DNA of 64,000 nucleotides from NCBI RefSeq assembly GCF_009914755.1, contig NC_060947.1. One strand, given 5' to 3'. Below are positions 27,615-43,566 of this stretch, one piece after another (position 1 is the first letter of the stretch; every line of letters begins with the position of its first letter). The stretch is from the human T2T-CHM13v2.0 reference genome, Homo sapiens. The notes under the pieces are model-generated. The model saw only the letters and a list, made by a program, of their open reading frames with translations. It did no database searches and was not told the origin of the DNA. The position numbers were made by a program, and so were the translations under genes.

Positions 27615-30600
27615 TTTTCTTTTTAAAATTATTTTTTTAAAATATAAATTTTAGGTTCAGGTGTGCATGTGCAGGTTTAATAGGTAAAGACGTGTCACAG
27701 GGCTTTGTTGTACAGATTATTTTTTTCACCCAGACCCTAGTCCTAGTTCTCAGTAGTTATCTTTTTTCTCTTTTCCCTCTTCCCACTATCTACCCCTCAG
27801 CAGGTTTTGTTCTCCACCATGTATCCATGTATTCTCCTCATTTAACTCCCACTTATAAGTGAGAGCATATAGTATATGGTTTTCTGTTCCTGTGTTAGTT
27901 TTCTAAGAATAATGGCCTCTGGCTCCATTGATATTCCTGCAAAGGAAATTATATCATTATTTTTTCTGGCCGCATAGTATTTCATGGTGTATATGTACTG
28001 CATTTTCTTTATTCAGTCTTCAACTGAAGAAGACTGAATAAAGGTTTGTTTCCATGCCTGCTATTGTGAAAGCGCTGCAATAAACACACATGTGCATGTG
28101 TCTTTATGATACAAAACTTCATATTCCTTTGGAAATATATCCAGTAGTGGGATTGTTGGATTAAATAGTAGTTTTGTTTTTAGCTTTTTGAGGAACCACC
28201 ACACTTCTTTCCACAATAGTTGAACAAATTTACACTCCTCCCAACAGTGTATAAGTGCTCCCTTTTCTCCACAACCTCACCAGCATCTGCTAGTTTTTGA
28301 CTTTTTAATAATAGCCATTCTGACCCGTGTGACATGGCAGCTCACTGTGGTTTTGATATATATTTATCTAATGATCAGTGATACTGAGCTTTCTTCATAT
28401 GTTCTATGGCCACATGTATGTCTGCTTTTGAAAAGTGTCTGCTCATGTCTTTGGTCTATTTTTAAATGAGTTGTCAATGTTGGTTTTTGTTGCAATTGCT
28501 TTTGATATCTTCATTATAAAATCTTTGCCAGTTCCTATGTCCAAAATGGTATTGCCTAGATTGTCTTGCAGGGTGTTTATAGTTTTGCAATTTACATTTA
28601 AGTCTTTAATTCATTTTGAGTTGACTTTTGTATATGGTGTAAAGAAGGGATACAATTTAAATCTTCTGCATGTGGTTAGCCAGTCATCCCAGCACGACTT
28701 ATTGAACAGGGAGTCCTTACCTCATTGCTTATTTTTGTTAGCTGTGTCTAAGATCAGATTGTTGTAGGTATGCAGCCTTATTACTGGGTTTTCTATTCTG
28801 TTCCATTGCTCTATGTGTCTGTTTTGATACCAGTATCATTCTGTTTTGGTTCCCGTAGCTCTGTAGTATAGTTTGAAGGTGGGTAGCCTGATTTCTTCAG
28901 CTTTGTTCCTTTTGCTTAAGATTGCCTTGGCTGTTTTGGGATCCTTTTTGGTTCTATATAAATTTTAAAATAGTTTTTTTCTAGTTCTGTGAGGAATGTA
29001 TTTGTTATTTTGATAGGAATAGCATTGAAACTATAAATTGCTTTGCAAAGCATGGCCATTTTAATGATATTGTTTCTTCCTATCCATGAGCATAGAATGT
29101 TTTTCCATTTGTTTGTGTCATCTCTAATTTCTTTGAGCAGTGCTTTGTAATTCTCATTGTAGAGATCACTCACCTTTCTAGTTAACTGTATTCCCAGGTA
29201 TTTTATTCTTTCCATGGTAATTATTAATGGAATTACATTTCTGATTTGATTCTCAGTTTGGCTGTTGTTGGTGTATAGGTATGTTAGTGACTTATGTACA
29301 TTGATGTTTTATCTTGACACTTTGCTGAAGTTGTCTGTAAGCTAAAGGAGCTTTTGGGCCAAGACTATGAGTTTTTCTAGCTATAAAAGCATGTTGTTTG
29401 CACACAGGGATAGTTTTACTTTCTATTTTTATATTTGGATGTGTTTTATTTATTTCTTTTGCCTATTGCTCTGTCCAGGACTTCCAATATTATGTTCAAT
29501 ATGAGTGATAAGAGAGGGCATCCTTGTTTTTTCAGTTTTCAGAGTGAATGCTTCCAACTTTTTCCCATTCAGTATAATGTTGGCTATGGATGTGTCATAG
29601 CTGTCTCTGATTATTTAAGGTATGTTCTTTCAATACCTAGTTTATTGAGAGGTATTTACCATGAAGGGATGTTGAATTTTATCAAAAGCTTTTTCTGCAT
29701 CTGTTGAGATAATCATATAATTGTTGTCTTTAGTTCTGTTTATGTGATGGATCAAATTTGTTGATTTGCATATGTGGCAAAATCCTTGCATCCCTGAGTA
29801 AAAGCCTACTCGATTGTGGTGGATTAGCTTTTGGATGGGCTGCTGGATTTGGTTTGCCAGTTTGTTGTTGTGGTTGTTTTATTTATTTATTTATTTTTTG
29901 GATTTTTGCATCAGTGTCCATCAAGGATATTGGCCTGAAGTTTTCATTTGTTGTGCCTCTGCCAAGTTTTGGTATCAGAATGATGTTATTTATTACTGAT
30001 ACAATTTTGGAGTTAATCATTGTTATGTTCAGAGATGCAAATTCTTCCTTGTTTAGTTTTTGCAAAGTAAATGTTTCCAGGAATTTATCCATTTCTTCCA
30101 TATTTTATAGTTTGTGTGGAAAGAGAGGTTCACAATAATCTCAGATAGTTATTTGTATTTCTGTGGAATCAGTGGTAACATCCTCCTTGTCATTTTTTAA
30201 TTGAGTTCATTTGGATTTTCTCTTTTCTTCTTTGTTACTCTAACTAGTGGCCTATCTTATTAATTTTTTAAAAATGCCAACTGCTGAATTCATTGATTTT
30301 TAGAATGTTTTTTCATGTCTCAATTTTTCTTTAGTTCAGCTCTAATTTTGGTTATTTCTTGTCTCCTGCTAGCTTTGGGGTTGGTTTGCTCTTGCTTCTC
30401 TAGTTTTTTTTTGTGTGTGTGTGAAGTTAGGCAGTTAATTTGAGATCTTTCTAACCTTTTAATGTGGGCATTTAATGCTATAAAATCTTCTCTCAACACT
30501 GCCTTAGCTGTGTCCCAGATATTCTGGTTTGTTGTATTTTTGTGCTAGTTAGTTTCAAAGAACTTCTTGATTTCTGCCTAAATTTTATTATTTACCTCAA

Positions 30601-33085
30601 AGTCATTCAAGGGGAGGTTAATTTCCATGTAACTGTATGGCTTTGAGCAATTTTCCTAGGGTTGATTTCAAATTGTATTGCTCTGTTGCCGAAAGAGTGG
30701 TTGGTAGAATTTTGATTCTTTTTTCATTTGTTAAGGATTGTTTTATGTCTGATCGTGTGGTCAATTTTAGAGTATATGCAATGTGTCAATGAAAATAATG
30801 TATATTCTTTTTTTTTGAGGGGCGGTGGGGAGAGTTTTGTAGATATATATCAAGTCCATTTCGTTCAGTACTGAGTTCAGGTCCTGAATATCTTTGTTAA
30901 TTTTCTACCTCGATGATCTAATACTATCAGTGGATTGTGGAAGTCTCCCACTATTATTGTGTAGTAATCTAAGTCTCTTTGTAGGTCTCTAAGAACTCGC
31001 TCTATGAACCTAGGTTCTCCTATTTTGGTTGCATGTATATTTAGGAAAGTTGGGTCTTCTTGTGGAATTGAATCCTTTACCAATATGTTATGCTATTTCT
31101 TGTCTTTTTTGAACTTTGTTGGTTTAAAATCTGTTTTGCCTGAAATTAGGAATGCAAGCCCTGATTTTTCTCTTTTTCATTTGCTTGGTAGATTTTTTCA
31201 GTCTCCTTATATTTAGCCCATGGCTGTCATTGAATGTGAGGTTGGTCTCTTAAACACAGCATACCATTGGGTCTTGTTTGCTTATCCAGCTGACCACTCT
31301 GTGCCTTTTAATTAGGCCATTTGGCCTGTTGATATTTAAGGTTAGTATTGATATATATGAATTTGATCTGGTCATTGTGTTGTTAGCTGGTTATTATGCA
31401 GACTAGTTTGTGTGGTTGCTTTATAGTGTCACTGGTCTGTGTACTTAACTGTGTTATTATAGTGGCTGGAAATAGTAGTTCTTTTCCATGTTTAGTGCCT
31501 TTTTTCAGGAGATCCTGAAAGACAGGTCTGATGGTAACGAATTCCCTCAGCACCTGCCTGTCTGAAAAGGATCTTATTTCTTCTTTGCTATGGAGCTTGG
31601 TTTAGCCAGATATGAAATTCTTGGTTGAAATTTCTTTTCTTTAACGGTGTTGAACATAGGCCCAAAATCTTTTCTGGCTTGTACAGTTTCTGCTGAGAAA
31701 TCTACTATTGGACTGATGGACTTCCCTTGTAGGTGACCTGTCCTTTCTCTCTAGCTGCATTTAACATTTTTTTTTTCATTTTGACCTTAGAGAATCTGAT
31801 GATTATTTGTCTTGAGGATGATATTGTTGTAAAGTAGTTTGCAGGGGTTCTCTGAATTTCCTGAATTTGAGTGTTATCTTCTATAGGTAGGGTAGGCAAA
31901 TTTCCATAGATGATATCTTAAAATATTTTTTCCAAGCTGCTTTCATTCTCCCCATGCCTTTCAGAGATACCAATGAGTCATAGATTTGGTCTCCTTCCAT
32001 AATCTCATATTTTTGAGGCTTTGTTTATTCCTTTTTATTCTTCTTTTTATTTTTGTCTGATCATCTTATTTCAGAAGGCTAATCTTTAGCATCTGAGATT
32101 TTTCCCTCTCCTTGATCTATTTCTGCTTTTAATGCCTGTGATTGTGTTATGAAATCCTTGTAGCATGTGTTTTAGCTCTATCAGTTTGGTTACATTATTT
32201 TCTATACTGGCTATTTTATCTGTCTCCTCTTGTATTGTTTTACTCTGATTCTTAGCTTCCTTAAATTGGGTTTCAACATCTCCTGAATCTTGATGATATT
32301 TATTTCTATCCATGTTTGGAATTCTATCATTTCAGCCATATCAGCCTGGTAAAGAACCCTTGCTGGTGAACTAGTGTGGTTGTTTAGAGAAAAGAAGGCA
32401 CTCTGCCCTTCTGAGTTGTCAGAGATTTTGCACTGATTCTTTCTCATGTTTGCTGGATGATATTATTATAGTATTTGAAGTTGCTGTCCTTTGGATCATT
32501 TTTTATTTACTAAATTTTCTTTTACCTTACTTGATGACCTTGAAGATTTAATTGTGGTATAAGGTGTGTACAGTCAACTGGATTCATTGCTCTTCTCAGG
32601 AGTTTTGGACTACATGCCCTAACTCTCAGGGACAAGTATTGTGGCCCAGATTATTTCTCCTGGCTGGGGAGCAGGGGGTAATGTGCTCCCAGACTGCTGT
32701 TCACAATACTGCAATTGGTGGTACCAGCCAAGTGTTTTTGTAGGGCAGTGGCAGTGGGACCCATCCTTGTTTGCTCATAGCAGAAGTAGTGTCAACAGTG
32801 GTATAGTTGAGTGCACACTCATAGCATTGGCATGCTAACAGGTACTGTGGTGCTGGCCTTTGTGCAGGCATTTGCTGCAGTGGCAATGGCAGCACAGTGC
32901 TGAGGGTAGGAGGTGCCTGACAGTCTCTGTGCATGCATTTGTGCTGGTAGTGGTGTTAGCACAGGGTTGGGTTGCTGGTGGACACAGGACTATGTGCACC
33001 CTCTGCGTGTATTTATGAAGGTGACAATAAACACTCAGGGTGAGGGTGGGTTCACTGTTCTACATGCCTAGTTTTGTGCCAGTGG
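27615..33085 (-). mobile_element. Long L1 (older L1PA, same broad family as 941-7843) with partial 5'UTR and internal deletions
   Basis: 3'UTR, ORF2 remnants and ORF1 remnants (ORFs 32086-32313, 32211-32447: MRKNQCKISDNSEGQSAFF..., homologous to 2391-2700); sequence jumps at ~28472 and ~29986. Confidence 0.9.
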
Positions 33086-33192
33086 CCACTTCTCTGTGTC
33101 TTACTATTTCTACTGGTTCAGGACTCTAAACCTTCTCAAAGAAACACTGCTCAATACAAACATATATATTTTGAAGGTACTTAGTGGGCTTC

Positions 33193-33467
33193 CTTTTTAA
33201 AAAATTGTATTCATTTTTAGATGGAGTCTTACTCTGTTGCCCAGGCTGGAGTGCAGTGGCATGATTTCAGCTCACTGCAACTTCCTCCTCCTGAGTTCAA
33301 GCAATTCTCAGGCCTCAACCTCCTGTGTAGCTAGGATTACAGGCATGGAGAGAGAGAGAGTTTTGTCATGTTGGCCAGGCTGGTCTCAAACTCCTGACCT
33401 TAGGTGTTTCACCTGCTTCAGCCTCCCAAAGTGCTGTGATTACAGACATGAGTCACTGCGCCCAGCC
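33193..33467 (-). mobile_element. Alu (AluS-type) missing its central linker region
   Basis: Right arm joined to left arm at 'acaggcatggagagagagagttttgtcatg'; TSD cttagtggg(c/t)tt at 33180 and 33468. Confidence 0.9.
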
Positions 33468-34149
33468 CTTAGTGGGTTTTTCTAATGTGTTTTTAGGGTT
33501 TCTCTGTAATTATAATAAACAGATTTTCTCTGGAGGCCTCTGCTAATTACCGAAGTTTGCACAGCTCTTGAAATTTTGTTCATGTGCTTCTCCCTTGCAC
33601 TTAGTGTTTATGACCATGATGAGTTCTACTAGGCATTATGTTTTAAGTTACCTTTTCCTTTAAAGTTAAAGGTTTTGCTGATACAGTCACACTTTCTATG
33701 TCTCTTCTATGTGAAGGGACAATAAAAGAAATGAGACTTGTAAATTTCCAGAAGACAAGTGCTCCTGTCTCAACAGGGAGCTATTTAAATTGACAACTAA
33801 TACCACTAAACTAAATTCTATGGAAGTGGCCCGGGCAATATTAACCTCAGAGTTGCCCACATACTGAGGGATTTTACATTCTAAAAACTCCCATACATGG
33901 AGGAAGCAACATCTAAAGTTTCAAATTTTGTTGTGAATGTGTTCTGAATGTGGCAAAATTGGAATGTAAAGAAAGGAGATAAAGTGTACCTTTACAGAGT
34001 TTGTAAACTAATTCTCCAAGGAATCAAGGAGAGACTTTAGATGACTTCTCAATCCAGTATTTTCCCATATTATACTATTTCAGAAACTATTTAAACTATA
34101 CTATCCCTGACTCTAAAGGTGGTGGGGGTCATTTCAAAGTGACTGCTAT

Positions 34150-34280
34150 GTACATAAGTCAACGTAAGTTTATTAAATACCAACTACATGCCTAGCCTTG
34201 TGTTAATCTTAGTAGTAGTGCTGCAACACAAAGTATAATTTATATTTGTTCTCATGCCTGAAGCCTTAAGAGAGAGGCTG
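34150..34280 (-). mobile_element. L2 3'-end remnant
   Basis: 'tttattaaataccaactacatgcctagccttgtgtta' resembles the antisense L2 3' end. Confidence 0.45.
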
Positions 34281-34315
34281 TATATTTATTAAAAAGTGAT
34301 GCTATCTCAAACTCT

Positions 34316-38339
<4,024 letters not shown>

Positions 38340-38349
38340 GAAAGCTGCA

Positions 38350-39432
38350 GAATTTTTATAGTTTCAGGTCTTAGATTTAAGACTTTGATCCATCTTGACT
38401 TGATTTTGTATTAAGGTGATAGATGAGGATCCAATTTAATTCTTGTACATGTGGTTTGCCAATTGTGTTAGCACCATTTGTTGAATATGGAGTTTCCCCA
38501 GTTTGTGTTTTTGTTTGCTTTGTCAAAGATCAGCTGGCTTTAAATACTTGGCTTTATTTCTGGGTTCTCTATTTTGTTTCACTGGTCTACATACCCATTT
38601 TCATACCAGTACCATGCTGTTTTGGTAACTATAGCCTTGTAGTATAGTTTGAAGTTGAGTAATATGATGCCTCCAGATTTGTTCTTTCTGCTTAGTGTTG
38701 CTTTGGCTATGCAGGCTCATTTTTGGTTTCATATATATTTTAGGACTGCTTTTTCTAGTTCTGTAAATAATGATGATGGTATTTTTGATGAGAATTGCAT
38801 TGAATCTGTAGATTGCCTTGGGCAGTATGGTCATTTTCACAATATTGATTCTACCCATCTATGAGCATGGGATGTGTTTCCATTTGTTTGTGTCAACAAC
38901 TTCTTTCAGCAGTGTTTTGTAGTTTACTTTGTAGAGAACTTTCACTGCCTTGGTTAGGTATCTTTTTAAGTATTCTACTGTTTTTGCAGCAAAGGGATTG
39001 AGTTCTGTATTTTACTCTCAGCTTTGTCGTTGTTGTTGTATACCAGTGTTACTGATTTGTGTATATTGATTTTGCATCTTGAAACTTTACTGAATATATT
39101 TATCAGATCTAGGAGCTTTTTGGATGAGTCTTTAGGGTTATATAGATATACAAATATATCATTGGTGAACAGCAATTCTTTTACTTCCTCTTTATAAGTT
39201 TGGATGCCCTTTATTTCTTTCTCTTTTCTGATTGCTCTGGCTAGGACTTTCAGAACTATGTTGAATAGAAGTGGTGAAAATGGGCTTCCTTGTCTTGTTC
39301 CAGTTCTTATGGGAGTGTATTCAGCTTTTCCCCATTTAGTATAATGTTGGCTATGGGTTTTTCATAGATGGCTTTAATTACCTTAAAGTATGGACCTTCT
39401 ATGCCAATTTTCCTGAGGGTTTTAATCATAAA
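38350..39432 (-). mobile_element. Internal ORF2 fragment of an L1PB-like element, neither end present
   Basis: ORF2 remnants ([22 protein letters not shown]; [18 protein letters not shown]). Confidence 0.85.
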
Positions 39433-39919
39433 TTTAAAAATACAATGGATGCTAGGATTATAAACGAAGAGTAATCTATCAAAAAAATATTTTTTTAATC
39501 TTGGCATTGTTGGTTCAAACAGCATATCTGCTATTAAGAAGATTTGAAACAAGTTAAAGCATGCTGGATAGAGCAGCAATTACTGAGAGGGCCTTCATTT
39601 CCCTCCCAAGCTTAAAGTTTCCTAGTCAGTTAATGCTTTCTGTTCACTGAGCATGGACTAAAACTGTCCAGCATGTCATTACTATACTATATATGATCAT
39701 TTCTTTTTGGGGGGCTGGGCTTTAACACTAAACTTTGATTTCCCCCAATTCATATAGTGATAGTTATCACAACTGTGAATATAAATCGGGTTTTCTATAG
39801 CCCAGTTTTATGTTGCTTCCCTATCTATAATTTATGTTATGTCAAAAAAAAAAAAAGAAGAAACAATTATTGTCCCCTTTAATGTAGGTAATGTCTTTAA
39901 AATTGTAGCGAAATCATGG

Positions 39920-42900
39920 TTTACTTTTATTTTTAAAATTTATTTATTTATTATTATTTTTTATTTATTTCTTCTAAAAAAATGGGATACATGTGCAGAA
40001 CGTGCAAGTTTGTTACATAGGTATACATTTGCCATGGTGTTTTGCTGCACCTAGTGACCCATCCTTTAAGTTCCCTCCCCTCCCTTCCCAACCCCCCAAC
40101 AGGCCCTGGTGTGTATTGTTTCCCTCTCTGTATCCATGTGTTCTCAATGTTCAACTCCCACTTATGAGTGAGAATAGGCCGTATTTAGTTTTCTGTTCCT
40201 GTGTTAGTTTGCTGAGGGTGACAGTTTCCAGTTTCATCCATGTCCCTGCAAAGGACACAATCCCATTCCTTTTTTTGGCTGCATAGCATTCCATGGTGTA
40301 CATGTACCACATTTTCTTTATTGAGCCTATTATTGATGGAAATGTGGGTTGGTTCCATGTCTTTGCTATTGTAAATAGTGCTGCAATAAACATACATGTG
40401 CATGTGTCTTTACAGTAGAATGATTTCTATTCCTTTGGGTCAAATGGTATTTCTGGTTCTAGATCCTTGAAGAAGCGCCATACTGTCTTCCTCAATGATT
40501 GAAGTAATTTACATTCCCACCAACAGTGTAAAAGCATTCCTATTTCTCCACAGCTTCACCAGCATCCATTGTTTCCTGACTTTTTAGTAATTGCCATTCT
40601 GACTGGTGTTAGATGTTATGTCATTGTGGTTCTGATTTACATTTCTCTTATGATCAATCATGTTGAGCTTTTATTCATGTTTGTTGGCCATGTAAATGTC
40701 TTCTTTTGAGAAATGTCTGTTCATGTCCTTTGCCCACTTTTTGATGGGGTTATTTGTTTTTTCTTGTAAATATGTTTAAGTTTCTTGTAAATTTTGGATA
40801 TTATACATTCTCAGATGAGTAGATTGCAAAAATGTTCTCCCCTTCTGTAGGTTGCCTGTTCACTCTGGTGACAGTTTGTTTTGCTGTGCAGAAGCTCTTT
40901 AGTTTAATTAGATCCCATTTGTCAATTTTGGCTTTTGTTGCCCATGCTTTCAACATTTTTTGTCATGAAGTCTTTGCCAATGCCTATGACCTGAGTGTTA
41001 TTGCCTAGGTTTTCTTCTATGGTTTTTATGGTTTTGGATTTTACATTTAAGTCTTTAATTCATTTTGAGTTAATTTTTTGTATAAGGTGTAAGGAATGGG
41101 CCCAGTTTCTTTTTTCTGCATATGGCTAGCCAGTTTTCCCAGCACTATTTACTGAATGGGAAATCCTTTCCCCATTGCTTGTTTTTGTCAGGCTTGTCAA
41201 AGATCAGATGGTTGTAGATGTGTGATATTAGTTCTGAGGTCTCTGTTCTGCTCCATTGGTCTGTATGTCTGCTTTGTTAGCAGTGCCATGCTGTTTTGGT
41301 TACTGTAGCCTTATAATATAGTTTGAATTCAGGTAGCATGATGCCTCCAGCTTTGCTTTTTGCTTAGGATTTTCTTGGCTATATAGGGTCTTCTTTGATT
41401 CCATATGAAATTTATAATTTTTTTGAATTCTCTGAAGAATGTCAATGATAATTTGATGAGTATAGCACTTATTATAAAATGACCACATAATTGGAAGTAA
41501 AACACTCCTTAGCAAATGCAAAAGAACTGAAATCATAACAAACAGTCTCTCAGACCACAGTGCAATCAAATTAGAACTCAGGATTAAGAAACTCACTCAA
41601 AACTACACAATTTCATGGAAATCGAACAACCAGTTCCTGAATGACTCCTAGGTAAATAATGGAATTAATGCAGAAATCAGGAAGTTCTTTGAAACCAATG
41701 AGAACAAAGATACAATGTACCAGAATCTCTGGGACACAGATAAAGCAGTGTTAAGAGGGTAATCTATAGCACTAAACGCCTACATCAGAAAGCTAGAAGG
41801 ATCTCAAATCAATACCCTAACATCACAATTAAAAGAGCTAGAGAGGCAAGAGCAAACTAATCCAAAAGTTAGCAGAAGAAAAGAACTAACTAAGATCAAA
41901 GAAGAATTGAAGGAGATACAGACACACAAAAAAAAACTTCAAAAAACAAATGAAATCATAAGCTAGTTTTTTTTAAAAAATTTACAAAATAGACCACTAG
42001 CTAGACTAATAAAGAAGAGAGAGAAGGATCAAATAAACACAATAAAAAATGATGAAGGGGCTATCACCACTGACCCCACAGAAATATAGACTACCATCAG
42101 AGAATACTACAAACACCTCTATGGAAATAAACTGAAAAAATCTAGAAGAAATGGAGAAATTCCTGGACACACACATACTACCAAGACTAAACCAGGGAGA
42201 AGTTGAATCCCTGAATAGACCAATAACAAGCTCTGAAATTGAGGCCGTAATTCATAGGCTACCAACCAAAAAAAGACCAAGACCAGACATATTCACAGCT
42301 GAATTTTACCAGAAACACAAAGAGGAGCTGGTACCATTCTTTATGAAGCTACTCCAAACAATTGAAAAGGAGGGTATCCTCCCTAAATCACTTTTTGAAG
42401 CCAGCATCATCCTGACACCAAAATCGGGAAGAGACACAATGACAAAAAAGAAAAATTCAGGCCAATATCCCGGATGAACATCGATGTGAAAACCCCCAAT
42501 AAAATAATGGCAAACCAAATCTAGCAGCACATCAAAAAAACTTATCTACCACCATCAAGTTGGCTTCATTCCTGCGATGCAAAGCTGGTTCAACATATGC
42601 TAATCAATAAACATGATCCATCACATAAACAGAACTAAAGACAAAAACCACATGATTATCTTAATAGATGCAGAAAAGTCCTTTGGTAAAATTCAACATC
42701 CCTTCATGTTAAAAACTCTCAATAAACTAGGTATTGATGGAACATATTTCAAAATAATAACGGCTATTTATGACAAATCCACAGTCAATATCATATTGAA
42801 TGGGCAACAGCTGGAAGCATTACCTTTGAAAACCAGTACAAGACAAGGATGCCCTCTCTCATCGTGCCTATTCAATATAGTATTGAAAGTTCTGGCCAGG

Positions 42901-43247
42901 CCAATCAGGCACGAGAAATAAATAAAGGATATTCAAATAGGAAGAGAGGAAGTCAAGTTGTCTGTTTGCAGGGGACATTATTTTATATTCAGAAAACCCC
43001 ATCATCTCAGCCCAAAAACTTTTTGAACTGATAAGCAACTGCAGCAAAGTCTCGGGATATAAAATCAATTTGCAAAAATCACAAGCATTCCTGTACAGCA
43101 ACAATAGACAAGCAGAGAGCCAAATCATGAATGAACTCCCATTCACAATCACTAAAAAGAGAATAAAATACCTAGGAATACAGCTAACAAGGGACGTGAA
43201 GGAACTCTTCAAGAAGAACTACAAACCACTGCTCAAAGAAATAAGAT
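39920..43247 (-). mobile_element. L1PA (roughly PA8) with a 5' inversion: 3' part 39920-41466 (-), inverted part 41467-43247 (+)
   Basis: T-rich tail, 3'UTR and ORF2 C-terminus on the minus strand; strand switch at 'gagtatagcacttattataaaatgaccac'; plus-strand ORF2 remnants (42151-42477, 42613-42921). Confidence 0.92.
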
Positions 43248-43258
43248 AGAATGCAAAA

Positions 43259-43566
43259 TTTTTATTTTATTTTATTTTATATTTTGGCACAGTCTCAGTC
43301 TGTCACACAAATTGGAGTGCAGCAGTGCAATCTCAGCTCACTACAACCTTAACCTCCCTGGTTCAAGCCATTCTCTTGCCTCAGCCTCCCGAGTAGCTGA
43401 GATTATAGGCACCACCACCACACGCAGCTAATTTTTGTGTTTTTAGTAAAGACAAGGTTTCACCCTGTTGGCCAGGCTGGTCTCAAACACCTGACCTCAA
43501 GTGATCCACCTGCCTCGGCCTCCCAAAGTGCTGAGGTTACAGGAATGAGCCACTGCAGCTAGACTA
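43259..43566 (-). mobile_element. Alu (AluSx/Sz-like)
   Basis: (TTTTA)n tail and a full antisense Alu body. Confidence 0.92.

Noticed and set aside
39630-39860. Unique sequence ending in an A-run, possible processed pseudogene or small-RNA retrocopy
   Set aside because: No TSD, no poly(A) signal at the expected distance and no recognisable parent RNA.
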